64,000 nucleotides of DNA from assembly GCA_037439645.1 (NCBI GenBank), contig JBBIVQ010000003.1, positions 3,879 to 67,878 of the forward strand, read 5' to 3'. This document shows, in pieces, positions 18,652 to 28,195 of the stretch. The translations under genes were made by a program, and so were the position numbers. The stretch comes from Deltaproteobacteria bacterium (GTDB taxonomy: Bacteria > Desulfobacterota > Deferrimicrobia > Deferrimicrobiales > Deferrimicrobiaceae). Within the stretch, counting starts at the first letter, position 1, and the number at the start of each line of letters is the position of its first letter. A model generated the notes under the pieces. The model was given only the letters and a program-made list of their open reading frames with translations. It had not been told where the DNA came from and did not search any database.

Positions 18652-19263
18652 ATGGAGTCCCGGCATTTCCCCTCAGGAGGCGGAATGCCGGGCGAAAACG
18701 GCCGTGATCCGCGGCCTCTCGAATGCGAGGAAGAAGCGGAACTGTTCCGGAGGGCGTTTCCCGGGGACGGAGAAGGGATGCGCCTTGCCGCCAGGGGTGC
18801 CGAACCCGCGGACCCGGAGAAGGTTCTCCGGTGGGAAGCGGTTCTCGAACTGGCGCGCAGGGCGTTCGCGGTCCCGCGGCGGCGCCCGGACCCGTTCCGT
18901 TCCGCGGCGGACGTGTTCGAGCGGTACCGGTTTCCGCTGTCCGGGTGCTCCGTGGAGGTGTTCGTCGTGGTGCTGCTCGACGTGAAGCACCGCCCCCTCC
19001 GGGAAGAGCGCGTATCGACCGGCATCCTCGACGGCAGCCTCATCCACCCGAGAGAGGTCTTCGCCGCGGCGGTCCGGGAACGTGCGGCGGCGATCCTCCT
19101 TCTTCACAACCACCCGAGCGGCGATCCCGCACCCAGCGCCCAGGATCGGGAAGTGACGCGGAGACTCCGGTCCGCGGGGGGAATCCTCGGAATTCCCGTG
19201 GTCGACCATGTTATCCTCGGGGACGCGGCGTTCTTCAGCTTTCGGGAAGAGGGAGATTGGTGA
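18652..19263 (+). CDS. radC: RadC-like JAB-domain protein
   Basis: HNHPSGDPAPSAQD JAMM motif. Short form lacking the N-terminal HhH. The start may be the downstream ATG. Confidence 0.8.
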   Translation: MESRHFPSGGGMPGENGRDPRPLECEEEAELFRRAFPGDGEGMRLAARGAEPADPEKVLRWEAVLELARRAFAVPRRRPDPFRSAADVFERYRFPLSGCSVEVFVVVLLDVKHRPLREERVSTGILDGSLIHPREVFAAAVRERAAAILLLHNHPSGDPAPSAQDREVTRRLRSAGGILGIPVVDHVILGDAAFFSFREEGDW

Positions 19264-20090
19264 TGCGGGGCACGCTGCGGGCAATGATCCTCGTCCTGCT
19301 CACCGCGGGATCCTCCGCCGCGGCGTTCCTCGCCGGCCGGTTGCTTCCCGGCGGGAACCGGGCGGAGCGCGTCATGCGATGGTGGGGCAGGGCATTCCTT
19401 CGCGCGGGAGGGTGGAAACTGCGGGTCGAGGGGATGGAGTCCCTTCCGGCCGGCGGGTCGATCCTGGTGGCGAACCATCAAAGCGTCCTGGACATCCCGA
19501 TGATCCTGTCCGCGTTTCCCCGTCCGGTCGTATTTCTCGCCAAGCGGGAACTTGGAGAGATTCCCCTGTTCGGAAAGGCGATGGCGGCGGCGGGGAACCT
19601 CTTCATCGACCGGGAGGACCCGAGGGACGCGGTTCGCATGCTCCGGGAGACCGGTGCGAGGCTGCGCGACGGCCGGCTCGTCGCCGTCTTTCCGGAAGGA
19701 ACCCGCAGCGGGGACGGGACGATCGGGGAGTTCCGGCCGGGGGCCTTCTACCTTGCGCGGAAATCCGGCGCCCCGGTCGTCCCGGTCTATCTCGACGGGG
19801 GGCACCGCGCGATTCCGAAGGGGAGCGTTCGCGTGCGCCCCGCCTTGCTCCTCGTCCGCGTGCTTCCCCCGCTTTCACCGGAGGAAAGCGCCGGCGGTTC
19901 GAAGGAGCGGATCGCCGACGCCGCGCGGAGGCGAATCCTTCGGGAAAGCGCCCGCACGGCGGCCACGGCGACAGGGGGGGACATTCCTGGTCCCGACCCG
20001 GGACGAAGGGAAGGAGTGTCCTCCCACTGCGGGAAGGAGTGTCCTCCCACTGCGGGAGGAGCGTCCTCCGCCACGGAAGGAGAGCGATGA
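19264..20090 (+). CDS. plsC: 1-acyl-sn-glycerol-3-phosphate acyltransferase
   Basis: ANHQSVLDIP (HX4D motif) and FPEGTRS. The start ATG overlaps the radC stop. The last ~45 codons are encoded by a dispersed repeat (see repeat 19940-20060), giving an unusual C-terminal tail. Confidence 0.85.
19940..20060 (+). repeat. Composite repeat locus: partial module-A-like sequence followed by 2.3 tandem copies of the 23-nt module-B unit
   Basis: 20008-20030 and 20031-20053 are identical copies of gggaaggagtgtcctcccactgc, then a partial third copy. The upstream ...cgggaaagcgcccgcac...acagggggggacattcctgg resembles module A (cctgaaagcgcctgcac...acaggg...tcctgcc). It lies inside the 3' end of plsC, up to the rnj start. 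Confidence 0.7.
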
Positions 20091-21739
20091 CGCTTCGGGT
20101 GATTCCGCTCGGGGGGCTGGGAGAGATCGGCCTCAACTGCATGTTGTTCGACGACGGCGCCTCGGCGGTGCTCATCGACTCCGGCCTGCTGTTTCCCGAC
20201 GACACGATGCTGGGGGTCGACTACGTCGTTCCCGACTTTTCCGTTCTGAGGGAAACGGCGCCCCACCTCGGCGCGCTTCTGCTCACCCACGGTCACGAGG
20301 ACCATATCGGCGCCGTCCCCTACCTTCTTCGGGAATTCGACATACCGGTCTACGGGACCGGCCTGACGCTGGGCCTGCTCCGCCACCGTCTCGCGGAGCA
20401 GGGGCTCGATGCGGCCGCGCGCCTCTTCACGATCGCGCGGGACGCCCGGTTCCGTATCGGAACGTTCGACGTCGAGGCGTTTCCGGTCTGCCACAGCATC
20501 CCCGACGCGGTCGGATACGTGCTGCGCTGCACGGAGGGGATCTTCGTCCACACGGGGGATTTCAAGATCGACCCCCTTCCGCTCGACGGTGTTCCGACCG
20601 GGGTGGAACGGCTCCGGGCGATCTCGGCGGGGGAAGGGGTCACCGCGCTCTTCTCCGATTCCACGAATGTGGAGCGGGCGGGGGTGAGCCCGCCGGAAAA
20701 GTTCGTCGGCGACGCCCTCGCGGAAATCTTCGGGCAGGCTCCGGGAAGGGTCGTCGTCGGGATGTTCTCCTCGAACCTTCACCGGATCCAGGAGGCGATC
20801 AAGGCGGCTTTCGCTTGCGGCCGGCGGGTGGCCCTGTGCGGAAAGAGCATGGTGCGCAACGTCCAGACGGCGATCGACCTCGGGTACCTCTCCCTTCCGT
20901 CGCAGGACATCCTGGTGCCGGTCGAGGAGGCGGTCACGCTTCCCGACCGCAACGTGGCGGTGCTCACCACGGGAAGCCAGGGAGAGCCGCGGTCGGCGCT
21001 GATGCTCATGGCCCTCGCGGAACACAAGCACCTGAAGGTGCGGCCGGGGGACACGATCGTCCTCTCCTCCAAGTTCATCCCCGGAAACGAGCGGGCGATC
21101 GCTGGGCTCATCAACCGGTTTTTTCTCGCGGGGGCGGAAGTCCTCTATGAGAAAATATCCGAGGTCCACGTGTCGGGCCACGCGAGCGTCGAGGAGCTCC
21201 GGGCGATGATCGCCGCGGTCCGGCCGTCGAATTTCATCCCGGTCCACGGGGAGCCGAGGCTGCTCGTCCGGCACCGGAACCTGGCGCGGGAAGAGGGAGT
21301 GCCGCGCGTCGCGATGCTCCGGAACGGCGACGTGCTCGCATTCGCGGGCGGTGAGATGTCCCTCGCCGGGCGGATCGAGGTCGGGCGCCGCTTCGTCGAC
21401 GGCAAGGGGATCGGCGACGTCGAGAGCCTCGTCCTCAAGGACCGGGTCCACCTGTCCCAGGTGGGGCTCGTGATGGTCGTTCTCGCCTTTTCCGCGACGA
21501 CGGGCGAACTTCTCTACGGCCCCGATATCGTCACCCGCGGCGTCGTGACGGAAAACGGCTCCGAGGGGCTCACGGAAGGGGTGCGGGACGAAGTGCTCCG
21601 CGAGATCGGGGAGTGCGGGACCGAAGCGCGGACCGACACCGCGGAGATGCAGACCGCGATCCGGAGGGTCGTGCGCCGCTACTTCAACAAGAGGATCGAG
21701 CGGAAACCGATGATCGTCCCGGTGCTTCTGGAGCTTTGA
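20087..21739 (+). CDS. rnj: Ribonuclease J
   Basis: MTLRVIPLGGLGEIGLNCMLF...LLLTHGHEDHIGAVPYL: metallo-beta-lactamase, beta-CASP and C-terminal domain. ATGA overlap with plsC. Confidence 0.9.
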   Translation: MTLRVIPLGGLGEIGLNCMLFDDGASAVLIDSGLLFPDDTMLGVDYVVPDFSVLRETAPHLGALLLTHGHEDHIGAVPYLLREFDIPVYGTGLTLGLLRHRLAEQGLDAAARLFTIARDARFRIGTFDVEAFPVCHSIPDAVGYVLRCTEGIFVHTGDFKIDPLPLDGVPTGVERLRAISAGEGVTALFSDSTNVERAGVSPPEKFVGDALAEIFGQAPGRVVVGMFSSNLHRIQEAIKAAFACGRRVALCGKSMVRNVQTAIDLGYLSLPSQDILVPVEEAVTLPDRNVAVLTTGSQGEPRSALMLMALAEHKHLKVRPGDTIVLSSKFIPGNERAIAGLINRFFLAGAEVLYEKISEVHVSGHASVEELRAMIAAVRPSNFIPVHGEPRLLVRHRNLAREEGVPRVAMLRNGDVLAFAGGEMSLAGRIEVGRRFVDGKGIGDVESLVLKDRVHLSQVGLVMVVLAFSATTGELLYGPDIVTRGVVTENGSEGLTEGVRDEVLREIGECGTEARTDTAEMQTAIRRVVRRYFNKRIERKPMIVPVLLEL

Positions 21740-23889
21740 CCTTGGCCGATCCCGGAAAGATCCGGCGGGAAGCCGTGGCGGTGCTGTTCCTCGCCGCAGC
21801 GGTCCTCCTCTCCGTCGCGCTGGTGTCGTTCCACCAGATGGACCCCTCCCTCTCGACCGCCGGTTCCCCGGACCCCGAGGTCAGGAACTGGGTGGGCTGG
21901 GGCGGCGCGATCTTTTCCGACCTGCTCCTCCAGATGTTCGGCGTGGGCGCCGCCGGGTTTCCGCTCCTTTGCCTTCTCCTTGCGTACTGGACGTACCGGG
22001 GCGAAGGGATCCTCGGAAAATGGGCACGCGCCGCGGGAGGGCTCCTCGCGGTCTGCTCCATCCTCGGGATCCTCAGCTTTTTCACCGGGCACGTCGCCGT
22101 CATGGGGCAGGACGTCTTCCTTCCGGGGGTCGTCGGCGACCTGCTGGGGGCCCATTTCCTCGGGAAGGTGGCGGGCGTCGCGGGCGGGCTGGTCCTGCTC
22201 GTCGCCCTCCTGCTCTTTTCCCTGATGCTGGTGACCGGTCTCCCGTTGAGCGCCTTGCCGTCGCTGGTCCGCAAGGATCCTTCACCGGAAAAAGTCCGCG
22301 AGAGGATCAAGGAGAAGTTCGCCCCGCGCGATGCGTGGGAAGCGGAGCGTCCGGCGCCGGAGACCCGGGAGGAGACCGCCCCCCCGCGGGTCGTCCCGAG
22401 GAGGCCCGTCCCCGCGGAGGCCGCGCCGAACCGTGCCGCCGGGAAGGCGTTCGTCCTGCCGTCGCTCGACCTCCTCGAACCGTCCAGGGGGGGCGAGGAG
22501 GGGGTCGACGACGAGGCGTTGCGGGAGAACGCCCAGTCGCTGCTGTCCAAGCTCGCTGAGCACGGCATCGAAGGCCAGATCACCGAGATCCGGACCGGCC
22601 CGCTGGTCACCATGTACGAGTTCCGGCCCGCGCCCGGGATCAAGGCGAACCGGGTATCGGCGATGGCGGACGACCTGGCGCTGGCGATGCGGTGCGAGTC
22701 GGTTCGCGTGGTCCCGAACATTCCCGGGAAGGGGGTCATGGGGATCGAGATCCCCAACGCCCGCAGGGCGCCGATCGTCCTTCGGGAGCTGCTCGGTTGC
22801 CCCGCCTACGCGTCCGCGGTCCCGGCCCTCTCGCTGGCCATGGGGAAGGACATCTTCGGAGATCCGGTGGTCAGGGACCTTGCGAGGATGCCGCATCTCC
22901 TGATCGCCGGCGCCACCGGGTCGGGGAAGAGCGTGGCGCTCCACACGATGATCCTGTCGATCCTCTTCCGCGCGACGCCCGACGAGGTCCGCCTGATCCT
23001 CGTCGACCCGAAGATGCTCGAGCTGTCGCTCTACGACGGCATTCCTCACCTGTATCACCCGGTGGTCACCCAGACGCGCGACGCAGCCCAGGTCCTCAAG
23101 TGGGCGGTGGGGGAGATGCGGGGACGGTACCAGCTGATGATGGAAAACGGCGTCCGCCACATCGACGCCTTCAACCAGTTTGTCGAGAAGCGGATCCGTT
23201 CGGGCGGCAGGTCGAAGGGGGAAGGGGAGGGCGACGACCTGGTGAAGCTTCCCTACATCGTCATCCTCATCGACGAACTCGCCGACCTGATGATGACCTC
23301 CGCATCCCGCCGCGAGGTCGAGGATTCGATCACCCAGCTCACACAGATGGCGCGGGCGGCGGGGATTCACCTGATCTTCGCCACGCAGCGGCCCTCCGTG
23401 GACGTCCTGACGGGCGTGATCAAGGCGAACTTCCCGTCGCGGGTCTCCTTCAAGGTGATCTCCCAGTTCGACTCCCGGACCATTCTCGACCAATCGGGGG
23501 CGGAGACGCTCCTCGGGTTCGGGGACATGCTCTTCCTCCAGCCGGGGGTCGGCGGGATCGTCCGGGTCCACTGCCCCTACGTGGGAGAGGGCGAGATCCA
23601 GCGGGTCGTTGAGCACCTGAAGGCCCAGGGGCCGCCGGTCTACGACTCCGCGATCACGGCTCCCCCGTCCACGGAAGATCCGGACCCGTCGCGCGACGAG
23701 ATGTTCGACGCCGCCGTCGAGGAGGTCGTCCGCGCCGGCCGCGCCTCCGTCTCCTTCCTCCAGCGCCGCCTGAAAATCGGGTTCAACCGCGCGGCGCGGA
23801 TCGTCGAGGAGATGGAGCGGCAGGGGATCGTAGGACCCGCCGAGGGAGGAAAGCAGCGCGAGGTCTACGTCACCCGGAAAGAGGAGTAA
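21736..23889 (+). CDS. ftsK: DNA translocase FtsK/SpoIIIE
   Basis: N-terminal TM helices, a Pro-rich linker, LIAGATGSGKSVALHTMI (Walker A), IVILIDELADLMM, and a C-terminal gamma domain (VSFLQRRLKIGFNRAARIVEEME). The start is guessed at the TTG overlapping the rnj stop. Confidence 0.85.
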   Translation: MTLADPGKIRREAVAVLFLAAAVLLSVALVSFHQMDPSLSTAGSPDPEVRNWVGWGGAIFSDLLLQMFGVGAAGFPLLCLLLAYWTYRGEGILGKWARAAGGLLAVCSILGILSFFTGHVAVMGQDVFLPGVVGDLLGAHFLGKVAGVAGGLVLLVALLLFSLMLVTGLPLSALPSLVRKDPSPEKVRERIKEKFAPRDAWEAERPAPETREETAPPRVVPRRPVPAEAAPNRAAGKAFVLPSLDLLEPSRGGEEGVDDEALRENAQSLLSKLAEHGIEGQITEIRTGPLVTMYEFRPAPGIKANRVSAMADDLALAMRCESVRVVPNIPGKGVMGIEIPNARRAPIVLRELLGCPAYASAVPALSLAMGKDIFGDPVVRDLARMPHLLIAGATGSGKSVALHTMILSILFRATPDEVRLILVDPKMLELSLYDGIPHLYHPVVTQTRDAAQVLKWAVGEMRGRYQLMMENGVRHIDAFNQFVEKRIRSGGRSKGEGEGDDLVKLPYIVILIDELADLMMTSASRREVEDSITQLTQMARAAGIHLIFATQRPSVDVLTGVIKANFPSRVSFKVISQFDSRTILDQSGAETLLGFGDMLFLQPGVGGIVRVHCPYVGEGEIQRVVEHLKAQGPPVYDSAITAPPSTEDPDPSRDEMFDAAVEEVVRAGRASVSFLQRRLKIGFNRAARIVEEMERQGIVGPAEGGKQREVYVTRKEE

Positions 23890-23932
23890 TCCCCCACCCC
23901 GACACAGGCCACCGGGGGATTTTCTAGCGGAA

Positions 23933-24032
23933 AGTACGGCAGGAGGGACTTACTGTGAGGTGCAGGCGCTTTCGAGGGACATTCCTGGAGGTTGTCGGTT
24001 TTGCGGTTGGAGGAGTGTCCCTCGCCCACAAA
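23933..24032 (-). repeat. Composite repeat locus 3: inverted module A followed by a module-B-like segment
   Basis: 23933-23995 tacggcaggagggacttactgtgaggtgcaggcgctttcgagggacattcctgg aligns with the reverse complement of 5294-5367 (tacggcagga...ctgtaaggtgcaggcgctttcaggggacatgcctgcc). 24009-24030 ttggaggagtgtccctcgccca resembles the B unit. It lies in the ftsK-lolA intergenic region, partly within the lolA leader. Confidence 0.65.
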
Positions 24033-24056
24033 CCATCAGCCAGCATCACAAGGCGC

Positions 24057-24716
24057 ATGGGGACTCTTTTGCTTGTTTCTGTCCTTCTCCTTCTCTCCCA
24101 GGCGCCGTGTAGCACGGCGGGGCCCGAAAGCGCCGGCGAGACGCTCCTCCGGCGGGTCGGCGAGCGGTACGCCGCCGCGCACGCCTTGTCGGCGAAGTTC
24201 CGCCAGGAGATCCCGCTCCAGAACCTCGGGATCGTCCGGAAGGCGTCCGGGAGCGTGTACTTCGGGCGGCCGCTCAAGATGCGGTGGGACTACAAAGGCC
24301 CCGAGGCGCAGATGTTCCTCGCCGACGGCCGGCACTTCTATTTCCGCCCCGCGGGGTCCTCCCAGGTGATCCGGCGCGAGGTGGACGAGAAAGGGCTCGG
24401 TGGAAAGATCCCGATGCTGCTGCTGTTCGGAAAGGGGGAGATCGCGGCTCTCTTTCGGGTCGATGCCGCGGACGCGCGCAAGGGGGGCGAGGAGACGGTC
24501 CTGCGCCTTTCCCCCCGTGGGGACGGGGCGCCCGAGGTCCGGCGGATCGACCTCGTCGTGGGCACGCGGGACGCGCTCATCCGCGAAATCCACCTCTTCG
24601 ACCGGATGGGCGGGGAGAACCATCTCTACCTCGCCGACGTGACGGTCAACCCCTCCCTTCCCGCCGGCTTCTTCCGGTTCCGGAAGCCGGCGGGGGTTTC
24701 CGTGGTGGACGGTTGA
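24057..24716 (+). CDS. lolA: Outer-membrane lipoprotein carrier protein LolA
   Basis: The start is at MGTLLLVSVLLLLSQAPCSTA (signal peptide). LolA fold motifs (FRQEIPLQNLG...MRWDYKGPE...). Conserved ftsK-lolA synteny. Confidence 0.8.
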   Translation: MGTLLLVSVLLLLSQAPCSTAGPESAGETLLRRVGERYAAAHALSAKFRQEIPLQNLGIVRKASGSVYFGRPLKMRWDYKGPEAQMFLADGRHFYFRPAGSSQVIRREVDEKGLGGKIPMLLLFGKGEIAALFRVDAADARKGGEETVLRLSPRGDGAPEVRRIDLVVGTRDALIREIHLFDRMGGENHLYLADVTVNPSLPAGFFRFRKPAGVSVVDG

Positions 24717-26098
24717 CCCGGGCCGCCCGTACGGCGCCGACCGTTCGCATCCACACCCTCGGGTGCGGGAAGAACGCCGTGGACGCGGAGGTGATGTCGG
24801 GTCTTCTCGCGGAAGGCGGGTTCCGGGTCGTTCCCGGCGGGCGTGCCGACGCGGCGGTACTGAACACCTGCGGGTTCGTGCGTGCCGCCAAGGAGGAGTC
24901 GATCGAGGCGATCCTCTCTCTTGCGGCCGAGAAACGGCGTGGGCGGATCCGCCGCCTCGTCGTCGCCGGCTGCATGGCGCGGCGGTACCGCGACGAACTC
25001 CCGGACATTCTGCCCGAGGTCGACCTGTTCCTCGGACCCGCCGACATCCCGGAGCTGCCGGGCCGCCTCACCTCGATGCTCCGGGAAGATGAACCTTCCC
25101 CGGCCGGGCTCCCGGTACGCTCGCTGTCGGGTGGTGGGGCGCTTGCCGACGAAGCGTACGGCCATCGCGTCCCGGATGTCGGGACCGGGTCGGCGTTCCT
25201 GAAGATCCTCGAGGGATGCGACAATCGTTGTTCCTACTGCGCGATTCCCTTGATCCGGGGTCCGCTTCGGAGCCGGGACCGCGACTCGCTGATCGCGGAG
25301 GCGAAACTCCTGGCGCGGCGGGGTGCCCGGGAACTGAACCTCATCGGGCAGGACATCACCGCGTACGGGCTGGACCGGGGGGAGAAGGGAGGGCTCGTTT
25401 CCCTGGTGCGTTCCCTCTGTGGCGTCCGGGGAATCCGGTGGATCCGGCTCCTCTACCTGTACCCGTCCCGCGTCGACGACGGAATCGTCGATCTCCTCCG
25501 GTCGGAGGAGAAAGTGTGCCGCTACCTCGACATTCCCGTCCAGCACGTGGACACGGGAATCCTGCGCCGGATGGGGCGTACGTACGGGGCCGACACCGTG
25601 TTCCGCATGCTCGACCGGCTCCGGGCCGACATCCCCGGGATCTTCCTGCGGACGTCCCTCATCGTCGGTTTTCCCGGCGAGACGCGGGCCGCCTTCGACC
25701 GCCTGCTCCGGTTCGTCGACGAGGCGCGGTGGGACTACCTCGGCGTCTTTCCCTACTCGCGGGAGGAGGGGACCCCCGCGTACCGGATGCCGTCGCAGGT
25801 TCCCGAGCGGACGAAGGGGGAGAGGGAGAGACAGGTTCGGGACGCCCAGGCGGACATCCTCGCCGCGCGCAACGCGACGTTGGTCGGACGGACCCTCGAC
25901 GTGCTCGTGGAGAAAACCGGCGCTTCCGGAACGGCCGCCGGGCGGCATCGGGGACAGGCGCCGGATGTCGACGGTTCCGTCCTCCTGTCCGGGTTCGAAG
26001 GAACCCCCCGGTCCGTCGTCCGCGTTCGCGTTACCGGCGCGAAGGAGTGCGATCTGCGCGGGGTCGCCGTCCGGACCCGGGATCCGGATTCCGGTTGA
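24713..26098 (+). CDS. rimO: Ribosomal protein S12 methylthiotransferase RimO
   Basis: MTTase N-domain (HTLGCGKNAVDAE), radical SAM CxxxCxxC (CDNRCSYCAIP), and a C-terminal TRAM domain. The start is uncertain (TTG overlapping the lolA stop). Confidence 0.85.
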   Translation: MTRAARTAPTVRIHTLGCGKNAVDAEVMSGLLAEGGFRVVPGGRADAAVLNTCGFVRAAKEESIEAILSLAAEKRRGRIRRLVVAGCMARRYRDELPDILPEVDLFLGPADIPELPGRLTSMLREDEPSPAGLPVRSLSGGGALADEAYGHRVPDVGTGSAFLKILEGCDNRCSYCAIPLIRGPLRSRDRDSLIAEAKLLARRGARELNLIGQDITAYGLDRGEKGGLVSLVRSLCGVRGIRWIRLLYLYPSRVDDGIVDLLRSEEKVCRYLDIPVQHVDTGILRRMGRTYGADTVFRMLDRLRADIPGIFLRTSLIVGFPGETRAAFDRLLRFVDEARWDYLGVFPYSREEGTPAYRMPSQVPERTKGERERQVRDAQADILAARNATLVGRTLDVLVEKTGASGTAAGRHRGQAPDVDGSVLLSGFEGTPRSVVRVRVTGAKECDLRGVAVRTRDPDSG

Positions 26099-26161
26099 CT
26101 CCGCTTCGCCCCCGGGTATACTAATGCAATTTTATTTTCCCGACGGAGGCGGATCTCCCAC

Positions 26162-26560
26162 ATGAAGACGATCAAGGAGATGTTGCAGAAGAAGCGCGAG
26201 GATCTCGTCCTCGAGATCGCGCGGCGTTCGAGGGCGTCCACGGAATCCTCCGTCCAGGACATCGGCGATATCCTCGACTCGGTGTCCGAGGAGCGGACCC
26301 GGGAACTGGACCTGATCCTGACCGACCGGGAAAAGAGGAAGCTCGCCCAGATCGACGACGCCATCGACCGGATCGAGGAAAACACGTACGGGCTTTGCGA
26401 GGAGTGCGGCGTCAAGATCCCGAAAGCGCGCCTCAAGGTGCTGCCGTTCGCGAAATTCTGCGTGGAGTGCCAGGAGAAGAACGAGCGGGAAGAGAAGTAC
26501 ACCCGCGAGGAATCGGAGGACGGCATCCGGAAGGTCCCGGTGGCCGAAGCCGAGGAGTAG
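26162..26560 (+). CDS. DksA/TraR-family C4 zinc-finger protein
   Basis: 132 aa. Coiled-coil N-region plus CEECGVKIPKARLKVLPFAKFCVECQ (C4 finger). Confidence 0.8.
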   Translation: MKTIKEMLQKKREDLVLEIARRSRASTESSVQDIGDILDSVSEERTRELDLILTDREKRKLAQIDDAIDRIEENTYGLCEECGVKIPKARLKVLPFAKFCVECQEKNEREEKYTREESEDGIRKVPVAEAEE

Positions 26561-27583
26561 CTACCCCTCCTCCTCCCTTGCGGAACGGCGGAACCGCTCC
26601 ACCGCGCGGTTATGCTCCGGCAGCGTGCGGGAAAACGTGTGGGACCCGTCGTTCCTCGACACGAAGTACAGGTACTCCGTCTTCGACGGATTCATCGCCG
26701 CGACGATCGACGCGAGGCCGGGGTTGGCGATCGGCCCCGGGGGCAGTCCCCGGTTCAGGTAGGTGTTGTACGGTCCGGCCGTTCGAAGATCCTTCCGTGT
26801 CACCGTCCCGTCGAATCGCTTCGCCCCGTAGATCACCGTCGGGTCCATCTGCAGCGGCATGTCCAGGGCCATCCGTTTCCTGATGACCGCCGATACGACC
26901 GGTTTCTCCTCATCCAACCCGGTCTCCTTCTCGATGATGGACGCGATCGTCACGATCTGGTGGAGGGACAGGCCCTCTTCCTTCGCCCTCCGATGCGTCT
27001 CCGGGGGAATTTGCCTCCGGAACTGCCGAACCATGAACTCGATGATCTCCTCCTCCGTGACGGGTTTCACGAAGATGTACTTGTCGGGGAAGAGATACCC
27101 CTCCGCGCTTTCCCCCGGAATCTCCATCCGCCGGAGCAAGGCGGGCGATGACGCCGCCGCGAGGAACGACTCCGCCGAAGCGAGTTTTTCCCCTTCCAGC
27201 AGTTTCGCCACGTCGTAGAGGTTCGCCCCCGGCGGCACCGTCACCTCGTACTTGATGACATCGCCGCGGACCAGCCTTCGCCACGCCTCGAACGCGGACG
27301 GGGGGGTCGGGAACGCATACTCCCCGTAATGAAGCCGCCGACCGGAAAACGTGAGAAGCACGAGTGCGCGGAATGCGAGGGGGTGGGGGAGGACCCCGCC
27401 CTCCCGAAGGACCCTCACCACCTCGGGAAGGGGGCTCCCCTTCGGGACGACCACGAGCTTCCCTTCCCGGTTTCCCGTGGGACCCGGATCGAAGAAGAGG
27501 AAAGCGGTCAGGAGCGACGCGGCGAGGACAGGGAAGGCGAGTCGCCGCGCGAGGCGCGGAGGGCGGTCTCCGGCGCCGCTCAT
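26561..27583 (-). CDS. mltG: Endolytic murein transglycosylase MltG (YceG-like)
   Basis: The start is at MSGAGDRPPRL... with a TM segment. YceG-family motifs (EGYLFPDKY, TIASIIEKE, NTYLNRGLPPGPI). It is convergent and abutting the dksA-like gene. Confidence 0.85.
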   Translation of the reverse strand: MSGAGDRPPRLARRLAFPVLAASLLTAFLFFDPGPTGNREGKLVVVPKGSPLPEVVRVLREGGVLPHPLAFRALVLLTFSGRRLHYGEYAFPTPPSAFEAWRRLVRGDVIKYEVTVPPGANLYDVAKLLEGEKLASAESFLAAASSPALLRRMEIPGESAEGYLFPDKYIFVKPVTEEEIIEFMVRQFRRQIPPETHRRAKEEGLSLHQIVTIASIIEKETGLDEEKPVVSAVIRKRMALDMPLQMDPTVIYGAKRFDGTVTRKDLRTAGPYNTYLNRGLPPGPIANPGLASIVAAMNPSKTEYLYFVSRNDGSHTFSRTLPEHNRAVERFRRSAREEEG

Positions 27584-28017
27584 TTCCGCCGCCGGGAGTC
27601 GAGCGCCGTCTGCAGGAGGAACATGGCGGAGAGGCTGTCCCGGATCCCTTTCCTGTCGGCCCTGCGGACCCCCGACGCGATCAGGTGCCGTTCGGATTGC
27701 ACCGAGGTCAGCCGTTCGTCCCACATCGTCACCGGAAGGGAGGTCTCCTCCTTCAGTCTTTCCCCGAAGGACTTCGCCCTCGCCGCGGCGGGCCCCTCGT
27801 CGCCGTTCAGGAGGAGGGGGAGGCCGAGCACGACCGACGTAACCCCCAGTTCCGCCGCGATGCGGGCGAGGGCGGCGATATCCTTCTTATCCCCCTGCCG
27901 CATGACCGGGGGAAGCGGCTGCGCGGTCAACCCGAGCGGATCGGACACGGCCACCCCGATCCGGCGGCTGCCGTAATCCAGCCCCATCACCCTCTTCCCG
28001 GCCACTCCGTCTCCCAT
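27580..28017 (-). CDS. ruvX: Holliday-junction resolvase-like RuvX/YqgF
   Basis: MGLDYGSRRIGVAVSD...LPVTMWDERLTS is the YqgF signature. ATGA overlap with mltG. The start may be the internal ATG (27987). Confidence 0.85.
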   Translation of the reverse strand: MGDGVAGKRVMGLDYGSRRIGVAVSDPLGLTAQPLPPVMRQGDKKDIAALARIAAELGVTSVVLGLPLLLNGDEGPAAARAKSFGERLKEETSLPVTMWDERLTSVQSERHLIASGVRRADRKGIRDSLSAMFLLQTALDSRRRK

Positions 28018-28195
28018 GGCTGCCTCCGTCCGTTGCGCATCGCATGCGGGGGGACGCCCGACTTCTGTGAGTGTACGTTCCGCCCGCCGCGATCGTCAAC
28101 CGACCGGATTGACGAACGGGCCCCCCTCCGGTATGACTATGCGGTATGGGTCCGTCGTTTCGGGGGCCCCGGGAGAATCGCGGGGGAAACGGAAA

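Noticed and set aside
20008-20060. Tandem 23-nt repeats as a CRISPR array
   Set aside because: The units are directly abutting with no spacers, there are only 2.3 copies, and the unit is too short. They are better explained as part of a dispersed REP/MITE-like family.
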